Positions 20,544-30,768 of a DNA stretch of 64,000 bases are shown piece after piece (positions within the stretch are counted from its first letter, which is position 1; the number at the start of each line of letters is the position of its first letter). The notes under the pieces were generated by a model. That model ran no database searches, had not been told where the DNA came from, and was given only the letters and a program-made list of their open reading frames with translations. Position numbers and translations under genes: made by a program. Origin of the DNA: Christensenellales bacterium (GTDB taxonomy: Bacteria; Bacillota; Clostridia; Christensenellales; UMGS416); NCBI GenBank assembly GCA_050948665.1, contig JBMNEH010000001.1, positions 1,807,953 to 1,871,952 of the forward strand, given 5' to 3'.

Positions 20544-20851
20544 ATCATCACCTCTCAAGCTTTCTCTATTCCGTCGCGCTTCGAAGATATCATGCTGTCC
20601 CGGCAGTCCCTACGGTACCGGCTCTGCTATGATATGCCGCAAAGCAAATTACCTGCCGATACAACGCTTATAAAACAACAGCACCTCCATAGGGAAGCAC
20701 TAAATATTATACCATGTTGCAGTAAAAATGTCCATGAATGTCCATAGAAACATTCCAGCATGTCGCTTAGATGACACAAATTGTATGCAAGACATGTGTA
20801 TCCGTATCATAAACGGCGTTTTCCGGTCTGACCCGTAGTCTTTGCTTTCAC

Positions 20852-20900
20852 AAAAAAGACACAGTCGGCAGCCGATGGGCAGCCGATGCCAAACTGTGTC
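20852..20900 (-). terminator. Intrinsic terminator downstream of rpiB
   Basis: GACACAGT…ACTGTGTC stem followed by T6 on the minus strand. Confidence 0.6.
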
Positions 20901-21004
20901 GTGCATTTTCCGGTATCTTTCCGCCGATGTTCTTCCGGTAATTCAGGGGGATCCCGCAAGTTAAAAACGCCTTATCAAAAGATTGAACGCTATGTCTCTC
21001 TTGC

Positions 21005-21442
21005 TTAGTTTCTATCGATCCCCTCCAGCAGAGCGATCCGCTCTTCGTGCCGGCCTCCCTCAAAAGAGGAGGATAAGAAAGCATCCACGATCATTTTTGA
21101 CATTTCAACGCCTACCACCCGGGAACCGAAGGCAATGATATTGGCATTATTATGGGTACGGCTCATTTTCGCGCTGTAGGGCTCGGAAACCACGGCTGCC
21201 CGGATACCTTTCACCCGGTTTGCGGCAAGGGAGATCCCGATGCCGGTGCCGCAGATAAGGATACCCAAATCATACTCTCCTGCAGCGACGGCACGACCGG
21301 CCCTTTCACCTATCAAGGGATATTCTTCACGAATATCTGCCCGGGTAATGTCCGTGACCTCATGCCCCAGCGACCTCACATAGTCGGTAACCGCTATCCG
21401 CATCTCGTCCCCGGTATAATCACTGGCAATACAAAGCTTCAT
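21005..21442 (-). CDS. rpiB: Ribose-5-phosphate isomerase B (RpiB/LacA/LacB family)
   Basis: ICGTGIGISLAANRVKGIRA, HNNAN, FEGGRH. Confidence 0.92.
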   Translation of the reverse strand: MKLCIASDYTGDEMRIAVTDYVRSLGHEVTDITRADIREEYPLIGERAGRAVAAGEYDLGILICGTGIGISLAANRVKGIRAAVVSEPYSAKMSRTHNNANIIAFGSRVVGVEMSKMIVDAFLSSSFEGGRHEERIALLEGIDRN

Positions 21443-21678
21443 GTTCACCCTCCGTGGCTCAAGTATACGGCGGAAAAGCAGGTACGTCAATATGCGGACG
21501 CGGCAATGCTGCAGCCGACAGTCTGCTGGAAACAGCTTTCATCATCGAATAACCACGAGATTTACCGCTATTCTGTTATTATTGCATTCCTGTTTTTAAA
21601 TAGTAACATCCTGGTACTTTTATTGCTCCCGATTTTCGTATATACTGTATAGTGTCCCTACAAGGACAGGAGGAACGA

Positions 21679-24600
21679 ATGAATTCACTTTGGCAGCGGA
21701 TGCGATCCGCATTATATACAATAAATCAAAAGTCGGCTGCGTTGTGCATCCGCTTTGTGGAGGGTTCCCGTCAGCTTTGGCAAAAATCAACGGCAGACCG
21801 TTCCGGATTTTCCCGGCGTCTGCGACGAAAAGTGAGGCACCTGATGGGAAAGCGGGATGTGAACCCGCCCGCCGCAAACAAAAAATATCCATCGGTACTG
21901 CCAATGCTTGACGCGATGGATGTATGGCCGATAGAATATCCTCTGCCCACCGGCTTATCCCGGGATGAAGCATCGGAAGATTCCCCCTTCTTGCAAGAAC
22001 CCCTGTACCGAAATCCCGGTGTCAAGGCCGCCAACCCTGAAACACAGGCAGCTTTCCCGGCTGAAGGCGTTACGGAAATCTCCGAGGAAGGAAATAACAT
22101 GCCGAAAAATACGGATATTTCGGATAACCCGGAACCCGGTGACGGAACGGAAAGAAAAGCTGCGGGCTTTTGGAGCCTGAACCCCGCCGCGTATAAGCGA
22201 ACCGACAATAGAACTCCCACAGAAACGGGAGGAAAACAGCCCGGCAGAAACACGCAGCAGGAAAAAGAAAGGAACAAAGCACCGCTTCCCCGGGAGCCCA
22301 TTTCCCTGCTGGAGGCACGAAAAAAAGACCGCAGTTTTTTCCTCCAGGTGATACTAATGACTGTGGCACTGCTGGCACTGCTTGTGGTCATTGTCGGTGT
22401 GGGAGGCATCGGTGTCGGCTTGGGTATCGCTCGTGCCTATGTAGCCACCACCCCGGAATTGGATGTAACGCGGATCGAGGACCAAAGCGAGACCTCTTTG
22501 ATTTATGACAAATACGGCAGGCTGTTGACTACCTATTCCGGAATGGAGAACCGCATCTGGGCTTCCTATGATGAATTGCCCCAGAATCTGCTGCATGCCA
22601 TTGTATCGGTAGAGGATCGCCGTTTTTATCAGCATAACGGTATCGATCTCAAACGGATCGTAGGGGCTTTCATCAATAACTTCACCTCCGGTTCCACCCA
22701 TGGGGGGTCTACCATTACACAGCAGCTGATCAAGATGAAACTGCTGACCTCCGAACAGACCTATAAGCGTAAGCTGCAAGAGGCATATCTTGCTATGGAG
22801 CTGGAAAAGCGATATACCAAAGAGGAGATTCTTGAGGCATACCTGAATACCGTCTACCTGGGCGGGGTGAACTACGGTGTGAAAACCGCTGCCATGGACT
22901 ATTTCGGCAAGGAGCTCAGTCAGTTGACGCTACGGGAGTGCGCCATGCTGGCTGGATTGGCCCAAAGCCCCTATACCTATAATCCTCGCACAAACTATTA
23001 TATTAAGGGCACGCCGGAACTGACAAGTATGCGCACGAATGTCGTACTGAAGGCGATGTTCGAGAACGAAGCTATTTCACTGGAAGAATATGAGGCTGCT
23101 TTGGCGGAAGAGGTTTATATCCTCCCGGAATCTTCCAACAACCGCGTGACAGAAATGCCCTACTTCATCGAATATGCCATGCGGAATGTCATTGACCATC
23201 TCCTGCGTTATCGGGGGCTGGAGGATAACGACACAAACCGCAGCCTGATCGAACGGGAGTTGCGTACCAGCGGTTATAAAATCACCCTTACTCTGGACGC
23301 TGAGATCCAGCGGGCGGCGGAACAGGCCGTGTATAATTATGATTCCTACCCTGCCATGGCAGACAGCGCCGACGCTACACTGACCCTGCAGAATAAGGAC
23401 GGTACAAGCTATACAATAGACGAACCCCAAGCCTCTGTAACCGTAGTGGACTACAGCACAGGCCAGCTGACAGCCATGGTGGGCGGCCGTTACTCCCCCT
23501 ATGTGATGAAAGCGGCAAACCGTGCCTGGCAAACCCACATGCCCGTGGGTTCTTCCATAAAACCCCTTGCCGTCTACGCTCCGGCGATAGAGAAAGGATT
23601 GTCCCCCGGTTCCATCATCTACAATGTACCCGCGGCCGTAACAGGCTGGGGGACGACAAGGGGCTACCCAAACAACTACGGCGGCGGCAGTTATACCGGA
23701 CCCACCACGCTGCGGACAGGTATCAACCGCTCTCTGAACATCGTTTCCGCCAGGCTCTTGATGGATTATGTCGGAGTAAAGCCCTCTGCGGAATATCTTG
23801 CCGCAATGGGTATAGATTCCGATGCCGTAAATGCAGACGGCCCCGGGCTTGCCTTGGGTACTTCCGGTATCTCCACGCTGGAGTTGGCGACAGCCTACGG
23901 CACCTTCCCTAACATGGGTGTATATAAGGAAACCGTAGCCTTTACCACTGTATATGACGCAACTGGAAACCTGGTCATCAACTCCTCCCAGACACAAATA
24001 ATCCGCACCGTATTCAAGAAGAGTACTGCCTGGCTGATGAACGATATGCTGGTGGATGCCGTCATCAACGGCGGAGGGACCCGGGCAAAAGTGGAGGGGA
24101 TCACCACCGCCGGAAAAACCGGTACGAACTCAGACGCCCGGGGTGTAACCTTTGCCGGATATACCCCCTATTTCAGCTGCGCCGTGTGGATCGGACATGA
24201 CAACTACAAAGCGTTGTATCCCGGCGCGCAGGGCGGACGGGAAGCAGCTCCTCTGTTCAAGGCAGTTATGGATGCGATCCATCAGCTGAAAGGGTATACC
24301 GATAAACCCATCAACATTCTTGACCCGTCAGTTCTGGGGCTGAGAAAGGTAACCCTTTGCGGAGTCTCCGGGAAAATCGCCACGGAGCTTTGCGAGCATG
24401 ACGCGCTTGGCTATGGAACACATATCGATTGGGTACCCCCGGATTTCCCCATGACAGATGTATGCGATTATCATGTTGAGGCGAAGTACTGTGCTGTCAG
24501 CGGTTATCTTGCCGGGGCTTACTGCCCGAAGGATATGATTGAAGCGCGCGGAATGGTGATTGTACCCGAAGACAGCGTTGTTGCCTCCTTCCCGGAAAGC

Positions 24601-24987
24601 GTACTCACCCAATATCTCCCCGGAGCTCTTGTAAGCATGGCGCCCCCTGACTTAACTTATGATCCTACCGGCGCATTGCGGGAAACATATGCAGAGTTGG
24701 TTTGTCCCTTCCATACAAAAGAATGGGCTGAGAACCGGGATGAGTGGGAGGACCTGAAAGAGCTTGCCTTAAGCCTGCGGCTACGTGTCATGAATCGTGC
24801 AGCGCAGATAGAGGACTTGGACGCTGCCGCTGCGCAGGTACTATATGACGCGGTAGCTGTCCTGGACGCCGCGTTAGCCGATGAAACCTATAACCTTGAA
24901 ACCCTTCAAGAGGCTAAAAACGCCCTGGAAACCGCCTACTACAATGCGCCTACCCGGGATGAACTGGAGTTGGATAATACGCCTTAA
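21679..24987 (+). CDS. Class A penicillin-binding protein (PBP1A-like)
   Basis: GT51 motifs EDRRFYQHNG, GGSTITQQL, RKLQE, KEEILEAYLN; transpeptidase SSIK, SLN, KTGT; AGGAGG RBS. Confidence 0.95.
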   Translation: MNSLWQRMRSALYTINQKSAALCIRFVEGSRQLWQKSTADRSGFSRRLRRKVRHLMGKRDVNPPAANKKYPSVLPMLDAMDVWPIEYPLPTGLSRDEASEDSPFLQEPLYRNPGVKAANPETQAAFPAEGVTEISEEGNNMPKNTDISDNPEPGDGTERKAAGFWSLNPAAYKRTDNRTPTETGGKQPGRNTQQEKERNKAPLPREPISLLEARKKDRSFFLQVILMTVALLALLVVIVGVGGIGVGLGIARAYVATTPELDVTRIEDQSETSLIYDKYGRLLTTYSGMENRIWASYDELPQNLLHAIVSVEDRRFYQHNGIDLKRIVGAFINNFTSGSTHGGSTITQQLIKMKLLTSEQTYKRKLQEAYLAMELEKRYTKEEILEAYLNTVYLGGVNYGVKTAAMDYFGKELSQLTLRECAMLAGLAQSPYTYNPRTNYYIKGTPELTSMRTNVVLKAMFENEAISLEEYEAALAEEVYILPESSNNRVTEMPYFIEYAMRNVIDHLLRYRGLEDNDTNRSLIERELRTSGYKITLTLDAEIQRAAEQAVYNYDSYPAMADSADATLTLQNKDGTSYTIDEPQASVTVVDYSTGQLTAMVGGRYSPYVMKAANRAWQTHMPVGSSIKPLAVYAPAIEKGLSPGSIIYNVPAAVTGWGTTRGYPNNYGGGSYTGPTTLRTGINRSLNIVSARLLMDYVGVKPSAEYLAAMGIDSDAVNADGPGLALGTSGISTLELATAYGTFPNMGVYKETVAFTTVYDATGNLVINSSQTQIIRTVFKKSTAWLMNDMLVDAVINGGGTRAKVEGITTAGKTGTNSDARGVTFAGYTPYFSCAVWIGHDNYKALYPGAQGGREAAPLFKAVMDAIHQLKGYTDKPINILDPSVLGLRKVTLCGVSGKIATELCEHDALGYGTHIDWVPPDFPMTDVCDYHVEAKYCAVSGYLAGAYCPKDMIEARGMVIVPEDSVVASFPESVLTQYLPGALVSMAPPDLTYDPTGALRETYAELVCPFHTKEWAENRDEWEDLKELALSLRLRVMNRAAQIEDLDAAAAQVLYDAVAVLDAALADETYNLETLQEAKNALETAYYNAPTRDELELDNTP

Positions 24988-24993
24988 ACAAAC

Positions 24994-25015
24994 GCCTCCT
25001 GCATCTGCAGGGGGC
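24994..25015. terminator. Probable terminator hairpin
   Basis: GCCTCCTGCA/TGCAGGGGGC between convergent genes. Confidence 0.55.
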
Positions 25016-25041
25016 ATCTTCTTTCATGACGAAGAATGCGA

Positions 25042-26304
25042 TCAGGCGTCCTGTTCATCGGCTTCCGTCTCCAGCTCCTTTGCGATTCTGACAAGATTAA
25101 TATGGGTCTGGTCGGCGTCCAGTATGGAAACATCCAGTCCCTCCATCCGCAGAATCTCACCGGGTGCAGGTATTCGCCCGGTCTCATTTAAAATCCATCC
25201 GTTTACGGTAGAAATATCTTCCGCTTCATCGGTCGGCTCCAGAGAAAACAAAGCCAACACATCGTCCAAATCGGCGTTGCCCGGAACGATATAGGAACCA
25301 TCGGCATCCGATTGATATTGCTCCTCTATTTGGTCATACTCATCCCAAATCTCACCCACCAACTCTTCCAGAATATCTTCAAGGGTAAGTATGCCGGCAG
25401 TACCTCCAAACTCATCCACCACCACCGCCATATGGCTCTGCGTTTGCTGCAGTTGACGCATCAGAACGGATATAGGTGTGGACTCTACCACAAAGGGCAG
25501 TTCTTTAATATAATCTTTCAGCGATGTGTTTTCTACATCCCGAGCAAAGAAGTCCTTCTGTAAAACGACACCGATAATATGATCTACGCTTTCCCTATAT
25601 ACCGGTAACCGGGAGTAACCGCTGTCCCGGAAGGTATTCACAACTGTCTCCATGTCCTCGATATCTTCAACCGCGACAATATCCACACGGGGAGTTAAAA
25701 TGTCGGAAGCGGAAAGATCCCGGAACTCAATCGCAGCATGAATCAGTTCCGACTCCTGGGCGTCGATTCCCCCCTCCTGCTCAACCTCATCTACCATGGT
25801 TTTCAATTCATCCTCGATATAAACAGACTCCTCCTTATCCCTGAACAGCCTTAACACCATCTTCTTAATACCGGTGAGCAGGAAATTCAACGGTGTTGCA
25901 GCTATAAGCAACACCCGAAGAATCGGTGTGGAGCGTATGGCAAACCTTTCGGGACGGGCCTGCGCTATACTTTTAGGTATGATTTCTCCGAAAATCAAAA
26001 TGATGACTATCATGAATATCGTTGACCAAGTGATGGCATTCCGCGTGATAAGCTGCGCAAACAGCACGGTTGCTAAAGAAGCTGCCGCGATATTCACGAT
26101 CGTGTTGCCGATAAGAATAGTAGAAATAACCTTATCATAATCCTGTATCAACGCAAGGGCGCGCCGGGCGCCTTTATTGCCGTTTCCGACCATAGTTTTC
26201 AACCGAAGTTGATTCATGCTGGAGAATGCGGTTTCCGACGCGGAAAAATACCCGCTGACAAATACCAGCAAGACAATTCCTGCGCTCAGTAGAAAAGTAT
26301 CCAT
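25042..26304 (-). CDS. CNNM/DUF21-CBS-CorC (HlyC/CorC) Mg2+/Co2+ transporter
   Basis: FSASETAF, ILIGNTIVNI, FGEIIPKS, GYSRLPV, VVDEFGGTAG, EDILEELVGEI. Confidence 0.95.
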   Translation of the reverse strand: MDTFLLSAGIVLLVFVSGYFSASETAFSSMNQLRLKTMVGNGNKGARRALALIQDYDKVISTILIGNTIVNIAAASLATVLFAQLITRNAITWSTIFMIVIILIFGEIIPKSIAQARPERFAIRSTPILRVLLIAATPLNFLLTGIKKMVLRLFRDKEESVYIEDELKTMVDEVEQEGGIDAQESELIHAAIEFRDLSASDILTPRVDIVAVEDIEDMETVVNTFRDSGYSRLPVYRESVDHIIGVVLQKDFFARDVENTSLKDYIKELPFVVESTPISVLMRQLQQTQSHMAVVVDEFGGTAGILTLEDILEELVGEIWDEYDQIEEQYQSDADGSYIVPGNADLDDVLALFSLEPTDEAEDISTVNGWILNETGRIPAPGEILRMEGLDVSILDADQTHINLVRIAKELETEADEQDA

Positions 26305-26340
26305 AAGGTGTAAGCGTGACCTCTTTCTTCTATTATTTGC

Positions 26341-26469
26341 AACATAAAAGCCGCCCTAACTTTACCCGCCGGCAAAGCATAGGGTGGCTTTCCATATACA
26401 ATTCAGTTCGTCGGGGAGGTTCCTCCACAGCGGCAGATCCTTTCCGGGAATTCTCTGAATTCGCCTGTG
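26341..26469 (-). promoter_or_regulatory. Structured 5' leader with intrinsic terminator (riboswitch/attenuator candidate)
   Basis: Closed aptamer-like domain 26461-26400, then long terminator hairpin 26391-26341 before the RBS. Confidence 0.6.
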
Positions 26470-26475
26470 ATGAGT

Positions 26476-26504
26476 ATTATACACCCCGTGAAGAAACTTT
26501 GCAA
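26476..26504 (-). promoter_or_regulatory. SigA-type promoter of the CNNM gene
   Basis: TTGCAA - 17 nt - TATAAT. Confidence 0.7.
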
Positions 26505-26517
26505 CAGGGAATTCCGT

Positions 26518-28311
26518 TTATGCTATCAATGCTTCCATCTGGGTGACCAGTTCTCCGAACAACCGGAGAGCCTCCCTCACGGTATCGGGTTGTTCCAAGT
26601 CCACCCCCGTCTTTTTCAAAATAGCAAGGGGATCATCACTGCCGCCGGCAGACAGGAAGGCATGCATCTTCTCACGCCCGGAAGCGTCTTTCAGAACCAT
26701 ACGCGAGAAAGAGATTGCCGTGGCAAATCCGGTAGCATACTTGTACACATAGAAACTGCGGTAGAAATGAGGAACACGTGCCCATTCCATGGATATCTCC
26801 TCATCCAATACCATTTCCGGACCATAATAAAGGGCATTCAGTTCCCGGTAAATGGTCTTGTAATCCTCCACGGTCAAGGCCTCCCCCGCCTGCGTTCTTT
26901 CATGCACAATCTTTTCAAACTCCGCAAACATAACCTGGCGGAACATGGTTCCTCGGAACTGTTCCAGAAAGTAATTCAGCAGACGCTTCTTCTTCCCCGC
27001 ATCCTCGGTGGTCTTCAGCAAATAGTCCATCATCAGCGCTTCATTTGAAGTGGATGCCACCTCCGCCAACAGCAAGGGATACGCGGCATCCTGGTAGGTC
27101 TGAGCGTGATCCGAGTACCAACTGTGCATGGAATGCCCCAGCTCGTGAGCCAAGGTAAAGGCTGAATCCACAGTATCACTCCAATTCAACAGTACATAGG
27201 GATGCACGCCCCATATGCCCCAGGAATACGCGCCGGAGGTTTTTCCCTTATTCTCATACACGTCCATCCAACCGGCATCCATACCGGATTGCATTATCTT
27301 CACATATTCCTCCCCCATGGGAGCAAGGGCTTCCGCAACTAAAGCTTTTGCTTCCGGATACGTAATTTTCATTTCCACATCCGGCACGATCGGCACATAA
27401 ATATCATACATATGCAACTCGTCTACATCCAGAGCCTTCTTCCTCAGCGCCATATACCTGTGCATATCCGGCAGTGCGTCGTGAACCGCTTCAATAAGAT
27501 TATTGTAAACCAGCGGAGTAACCTTATCCGGAAACAACGCCATCTCCAGCGCCGAATCGTAATGACGGGCAAACGCCATGAAGTTATCTCCCTTGATGTT
27601 GGCGGAATAGATTTCCGAAAGAGTATTCTGCACGCCGATATAGGCGGCATATAGTCTTGTATATGCCTCCCGACGCACTTCCCGGTTCGGATTCTCCAGC
27701 AGCTCGATATACCTGCCATGGGTCAGCTCCACATCTCCCACACCGGGCACATGTACCGTACCGTACTTCATATCTACATCGTTCAGCATAGTAAAGATTT
27801 CATGGGGACCCTGCGCTACCTCCGCCGCGCGTGCCAACAGCATCTCGCCCTTCTCATCCAACGTATGAGCCCGCAGGTGTGTGATCGTGGAAATATACCT
27901 CCGATATTCTGTAAGGGCCGGAAATACCCGGTACCAACTCTCCAGCGTATCTTCTGACAGGCTTAGCAACGAGGGCGCTACGAATGCGGTGTTCTCCTCC
28001 AGTGTCACCAGAAGTTTCATTGCGCGGCCGGCGGCGGATTGATAAGTTGGGTTGGCATTGTCCTCGTCCCGACGCATACGCGCATACACAAAAAGTTTCT
28101 CCACGATATACTGTGCCGACATAATAGCCTTTGCCGCGATATACAAATCCTCCGGGCTGCGGGTCAGCGTGTCTTTATACTTCCGCAAACTCTCTACTTC
28201 CGCTTTCCCTTTCAGAAAATCCTCCTCCCATTCTGTATCCGAAGGATAGATATCTTCCAGCTTCCACATATATGCGGGGTTCATTTCACTCCGATTTTTT
28301 AACTCCTTCAT
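26518..28311 (-). CDS. pepF: Oligoendopeptidase F (M3B)
   Basis: WKLEDIY, GKTSGAYS, HELGHSMH, AEVAST, WARVPHFY; AGGAGG RBS before 28311. Confidence 0.95.
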   Translation of the reverse strand: MKELKNRSEMNPAYMWKLEDIYPSDTEWEEDFLKGKAEVESLRKYKDTLTRSPEDLYIAAKAIMSAQYIVEKLFVYARMRRDEDNANPTYQSAAGRAMKLLVTLEENTAFVAPSLLSLSEDTLESWYRVFPALTEYRRYISTITHLRAHTLDEKGEMLLARAAEVAQGPHEIFTMLNDVDMKYGTVHVPGVGDVELTHGRYIELLENPNREVRREAYTRLYAAYIGVQNTLSEIYSANIKGDNFMAFARHYDSALEMALFPDKVTPLVYNNLIEAVHDALPDMHRYMALRKKALDVDELHMYDIYVPIVPDVEMKITYPEAKALVAEALAPMGEEYVKIMQSGMDAGWMDVYENKGKTSGAYSWGIWGVHPYVLLNWSDTVDSAFTLAHELGHSMHSWYSDHAQTYQDAAYPLLLAEVASTSNEALMMDYLLKTTEDAGKKKRLLNYFLEQFRGTMFRQVMFAEFEKIVHERTQAGEALTVEDYKTIYRELNALYYGPEMVLDEEISMEWARVPHFYRSFYVYKYATGFATAISFSRMVLKDASGREKMHAFLSAGGSDDPLAILKKTGVDLEQPDTVREALRLFGELVTQMEALIA

Positions 28312-28417
28312 AAGCGCCTCCTGTTCTCGGTTCAACATAGCAGAAACCTGCAAAAATCGCAACGGGCACAACCCATCTAAAAACGGCCTCCTCTCAAAGG
28401 CCGCAACCGAAATCTGA

Positions 28418-29821
28418 TTATTTTTCTTCCTTCGCAGCCAGGTTCGCCTTCACAAAGGGGGATTCATCCTGCTCCGGCAAGTGGGACACCATGGGGCCAA
28501 TCAATACCATGCATGCAGCAGTCCGCAGAAGATTTCCTGCAAAAAACACCAGCTTATAATGATCGATGATCAGGCTGCCGATAGTGAAGCTGAAGCCGGA
28601 CAGGCTTTGCAGTATACTCCCCCCAAGGAAAGAACCGATGGATGACCCCATAAGAGCCGTAATTACCGAGTAGGTAGCGACGTAGAACGAGCGGTTGACC
28701 GAAGGTGTTGCCGCCAGCAGCAGTTGTCCGGAAGCAATATTGACGCCCCCTGCCACTAAGTTGGTAAATATCGCAATGAAGACATAGGGCCATATCTGTG
28801 TGGGCGAAAGGAGAAACCACCAAAGGTGACCGAATCCTAAAAGGCCGATACTCCATAACAACACCCACCGGGGCCCTTTTCTATCCAGCAATTCTCCCCA
28901 TTTTTGATTGCCGACAATCAGAGCAATGCTCCCGATCACCGTACCCGCAATCGTCAGTGTCGTCAGTGAAAAGCCGAGCGTACCGGTTATATAGCGGGAG
29001 GTAAACCCGCCCCACAAGTTGGAGGTGAAGTTCCAGACAGTCCAGAAAGTCACAAACCACATAAAGCTTTTATCTCGAAGAGCGTGTCTGAATTGATGAA
29101 AGAAGTTCTCTTTTTTCGGTAGCGGCGGCAGTGGTGGATCGCTGACAAAAAGAAAAGTAATCAAGTCCGCGACACCGAAGAGGGCAGTTATACAAAATAT
29201 AAGTGTATAACCGAGCATCAGGCTTTCGGCAGGGATATTGTCAAGAATGAGGCTGATAATCAATGCCGAAACCATGGATGCCGCGGTACAGATGGAAGAG
29301 CGCAGAGATATGTACCTTCCCCGTATAGCGATGGGCACCAAATCACCCATGTAGGTCTGGAAGCATATATTTACAAAGCTACTCGACATGGAAGAAAGCA
29401 GAATTAATGTGATAATGGTCCATATCCGGGCATCATATGCGGAGGCAGGGATTACCCAGGGTACGATCCCGATGGGTATCCACAGTGCTCGCTGAAACAG
29501 GCCCAGTCCTACCATGAGAAAACGTCTTTTATGCGTCTTTTCCAGCAGCCAGGCGGCAACGAATTGCATCAGATTCCCCAAAATAGGAACCGCGGCTAGC
29601 AACCCGTAATGGAAATCGCTTACACCCAGCAAGTTCGTAAAACCCACATACGCCGCGCCTCCGGACGCCGCAACAAAAACCATCCCCAGCGATCCGGCAA
29701 GTATGATAAGGTTAAGGTCCTTCTGCAGCCTGTCGCTGAGGTTGTGGGATGTATACAAACTTTTTAAAGGCCTAGGAATATCATGTCGGCTGTATTTTCG
29801 GAATCTGAATCCCAATCCCAT
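28418..29821 (-). CDS. MFS transporter
   Basis: About 12 hydrophobic segments, GDLVPIAIRGRY and WGELLDRKG motifs. Confidence 0.85.
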   Translation of the reverse strand: MGLGFRFRKYSRHDIPRPLKSLYTSHNLSDRLQKDLNLIILAGSLGMVFVAASGGAAYVGFTNLLGVSDFHYGLLAAVPILGNLMQFVAAWLLEKTHKRRFLMVGLGLFQRALWIPIGIVPWVIPASAYDARIWTIITLILLSSMSSSFVNICFQTYMGDLVPIAIRGRYISLRSSICTAASMVSALIISLILDNIPAESLMLGYTLIFCITALFGVADLITFLFVSDPPLPPLPKKENFFHQFRHALRDKSFMWFVTFWTVWNFTSNLWGGFTSRYITGTLGFSLTTLTIAGTVIGSIALIVGNQKWGELLDRKGPRWVLLWSIGLLGFGHLWWFLLSPTQIWPYVFIAIFTNLVAGGVNIASGQLLLAATPSVNRSFYVATYSVITALMGSSIGSFLGGSILQSLSGFSFTIGSLIIDHYKLVFFAGNLLRTAACMVLIGPMVSHLPEQDESPFVKANLAAKEEK

Positions 29822-29835
29822 TTGTCCATCCTCCA

Positions 29836-30234
29836 CTATTCATCGGGAATAATCTGAAATATAACGCCGGGCAACTGAACACGAATTTCTTGTATCAAAC
29901 TATGTACCCCCTTCCCGTCTCGGGACGCACCCATCACCATATGGGATACCCCATTATCACGGGCAAAGGTCACAAGGGATTGCATCACCTGGTCGCTACG
30001 CAGCACCTGCATCTTTGCGTTCACAGCAGAAGACAGGGCGAAAAGCACATCCAAGGCTTCACCCTCATCAAGATTTCCCAGAAAAGTTTCCCTCTCCCGT
30101 GCCACATGGACCACGGTTAGGGGAAGTTCATGTTTTTTCGCCAGCGTATCGCCGGCACGTATCAATCTTTCACAAGAGCGCTGTATCGTGACGCAAACCA
30201 TCACCATACCCTCACGCTGGGTTCGTTCAGACAT
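29836..30234 (-). CDS. Universal stress protein (KdpD USP-like)
   Basis: VMVCVT…ERLIRAG…VVHV…SHMVMGAS. Confidence 0.8.
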   Translation of the reverse strand: MSERTQREGMVMVCVTIQRSCERLIRAGDTLAKKHELPLTVVHVARERETFLGNLDEGEALDVLFALSSAVNAKMQVLRSDQVMQSLVTFARDNGVSHMVMGASRDGKGVHSLIQEIRVQLPGVIFQIIPDE

Positions 30235-30764
30235 TATAAAATCGCCTTTATATATTTATCGAATAGTGAGACGCAAATCTCCTGTCCTTCCGAAAAATGT
30301 GGCCGTCCTTTGTAGGCATCGAAATACAGCAGCCGCGGCGCGGCGTCTACCGAAGCGTCCGGCTCCCGGATATAAACCGCATAAAACTTCAGGCCGTTCT
30401 GCGTGGATACCTCGGTATCCACATACTCTATTTTCCCGCATACCTTTCTTCCCCTGGACTGGAGCAAATCCCGAAGAAAGCTCCGGTACTGTGTCAGAGC
30501 AAGACCGTATGTGCCCCATAAAAACACGGACACCAGCGCGAGCAGGATACTGGCTATATAACCAAACCATGCAATCCGCAACACACAACTGACCGTGACC
30601 GCCGCCAACAGCAACGCGACCAGACAAACATAAACGAACGTAAACCGGGCAACTCTTCGTTCGATCTCTTTCAGATCTTCCGTACAGTACATTGGCAACC
30701 CCCGTTCCGTCTTCATTATATCCCATACTGTCGTCTCCCGCAAGAGCGGTCCATCCGCCGACAT
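30234..30764 (-). CDS. Hypothetical two-TM membrane protein (start may be 30692)
   Basis: Operonic ORF with stop/start overlap and two hydrophobic helices. Confidence 0.7.
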   Translation of the reverse strand: MSADGPLLRETTVWDIMKTERGLPMYCTEDLKEIERRVARFTFVYVCLVALLLAAVTVSCVLRIAWFGYIASILLALVSVFLWGTYGLALTQYRSFLRDLLQSRGRKVCGKIEYVDTEVSTQNGLKFYAVYIREPDASVDAAPRLLYFDAYKGRPHFSEGQEICVSLFDKYIKAIL

Positions 30765-30768
30765 TACG

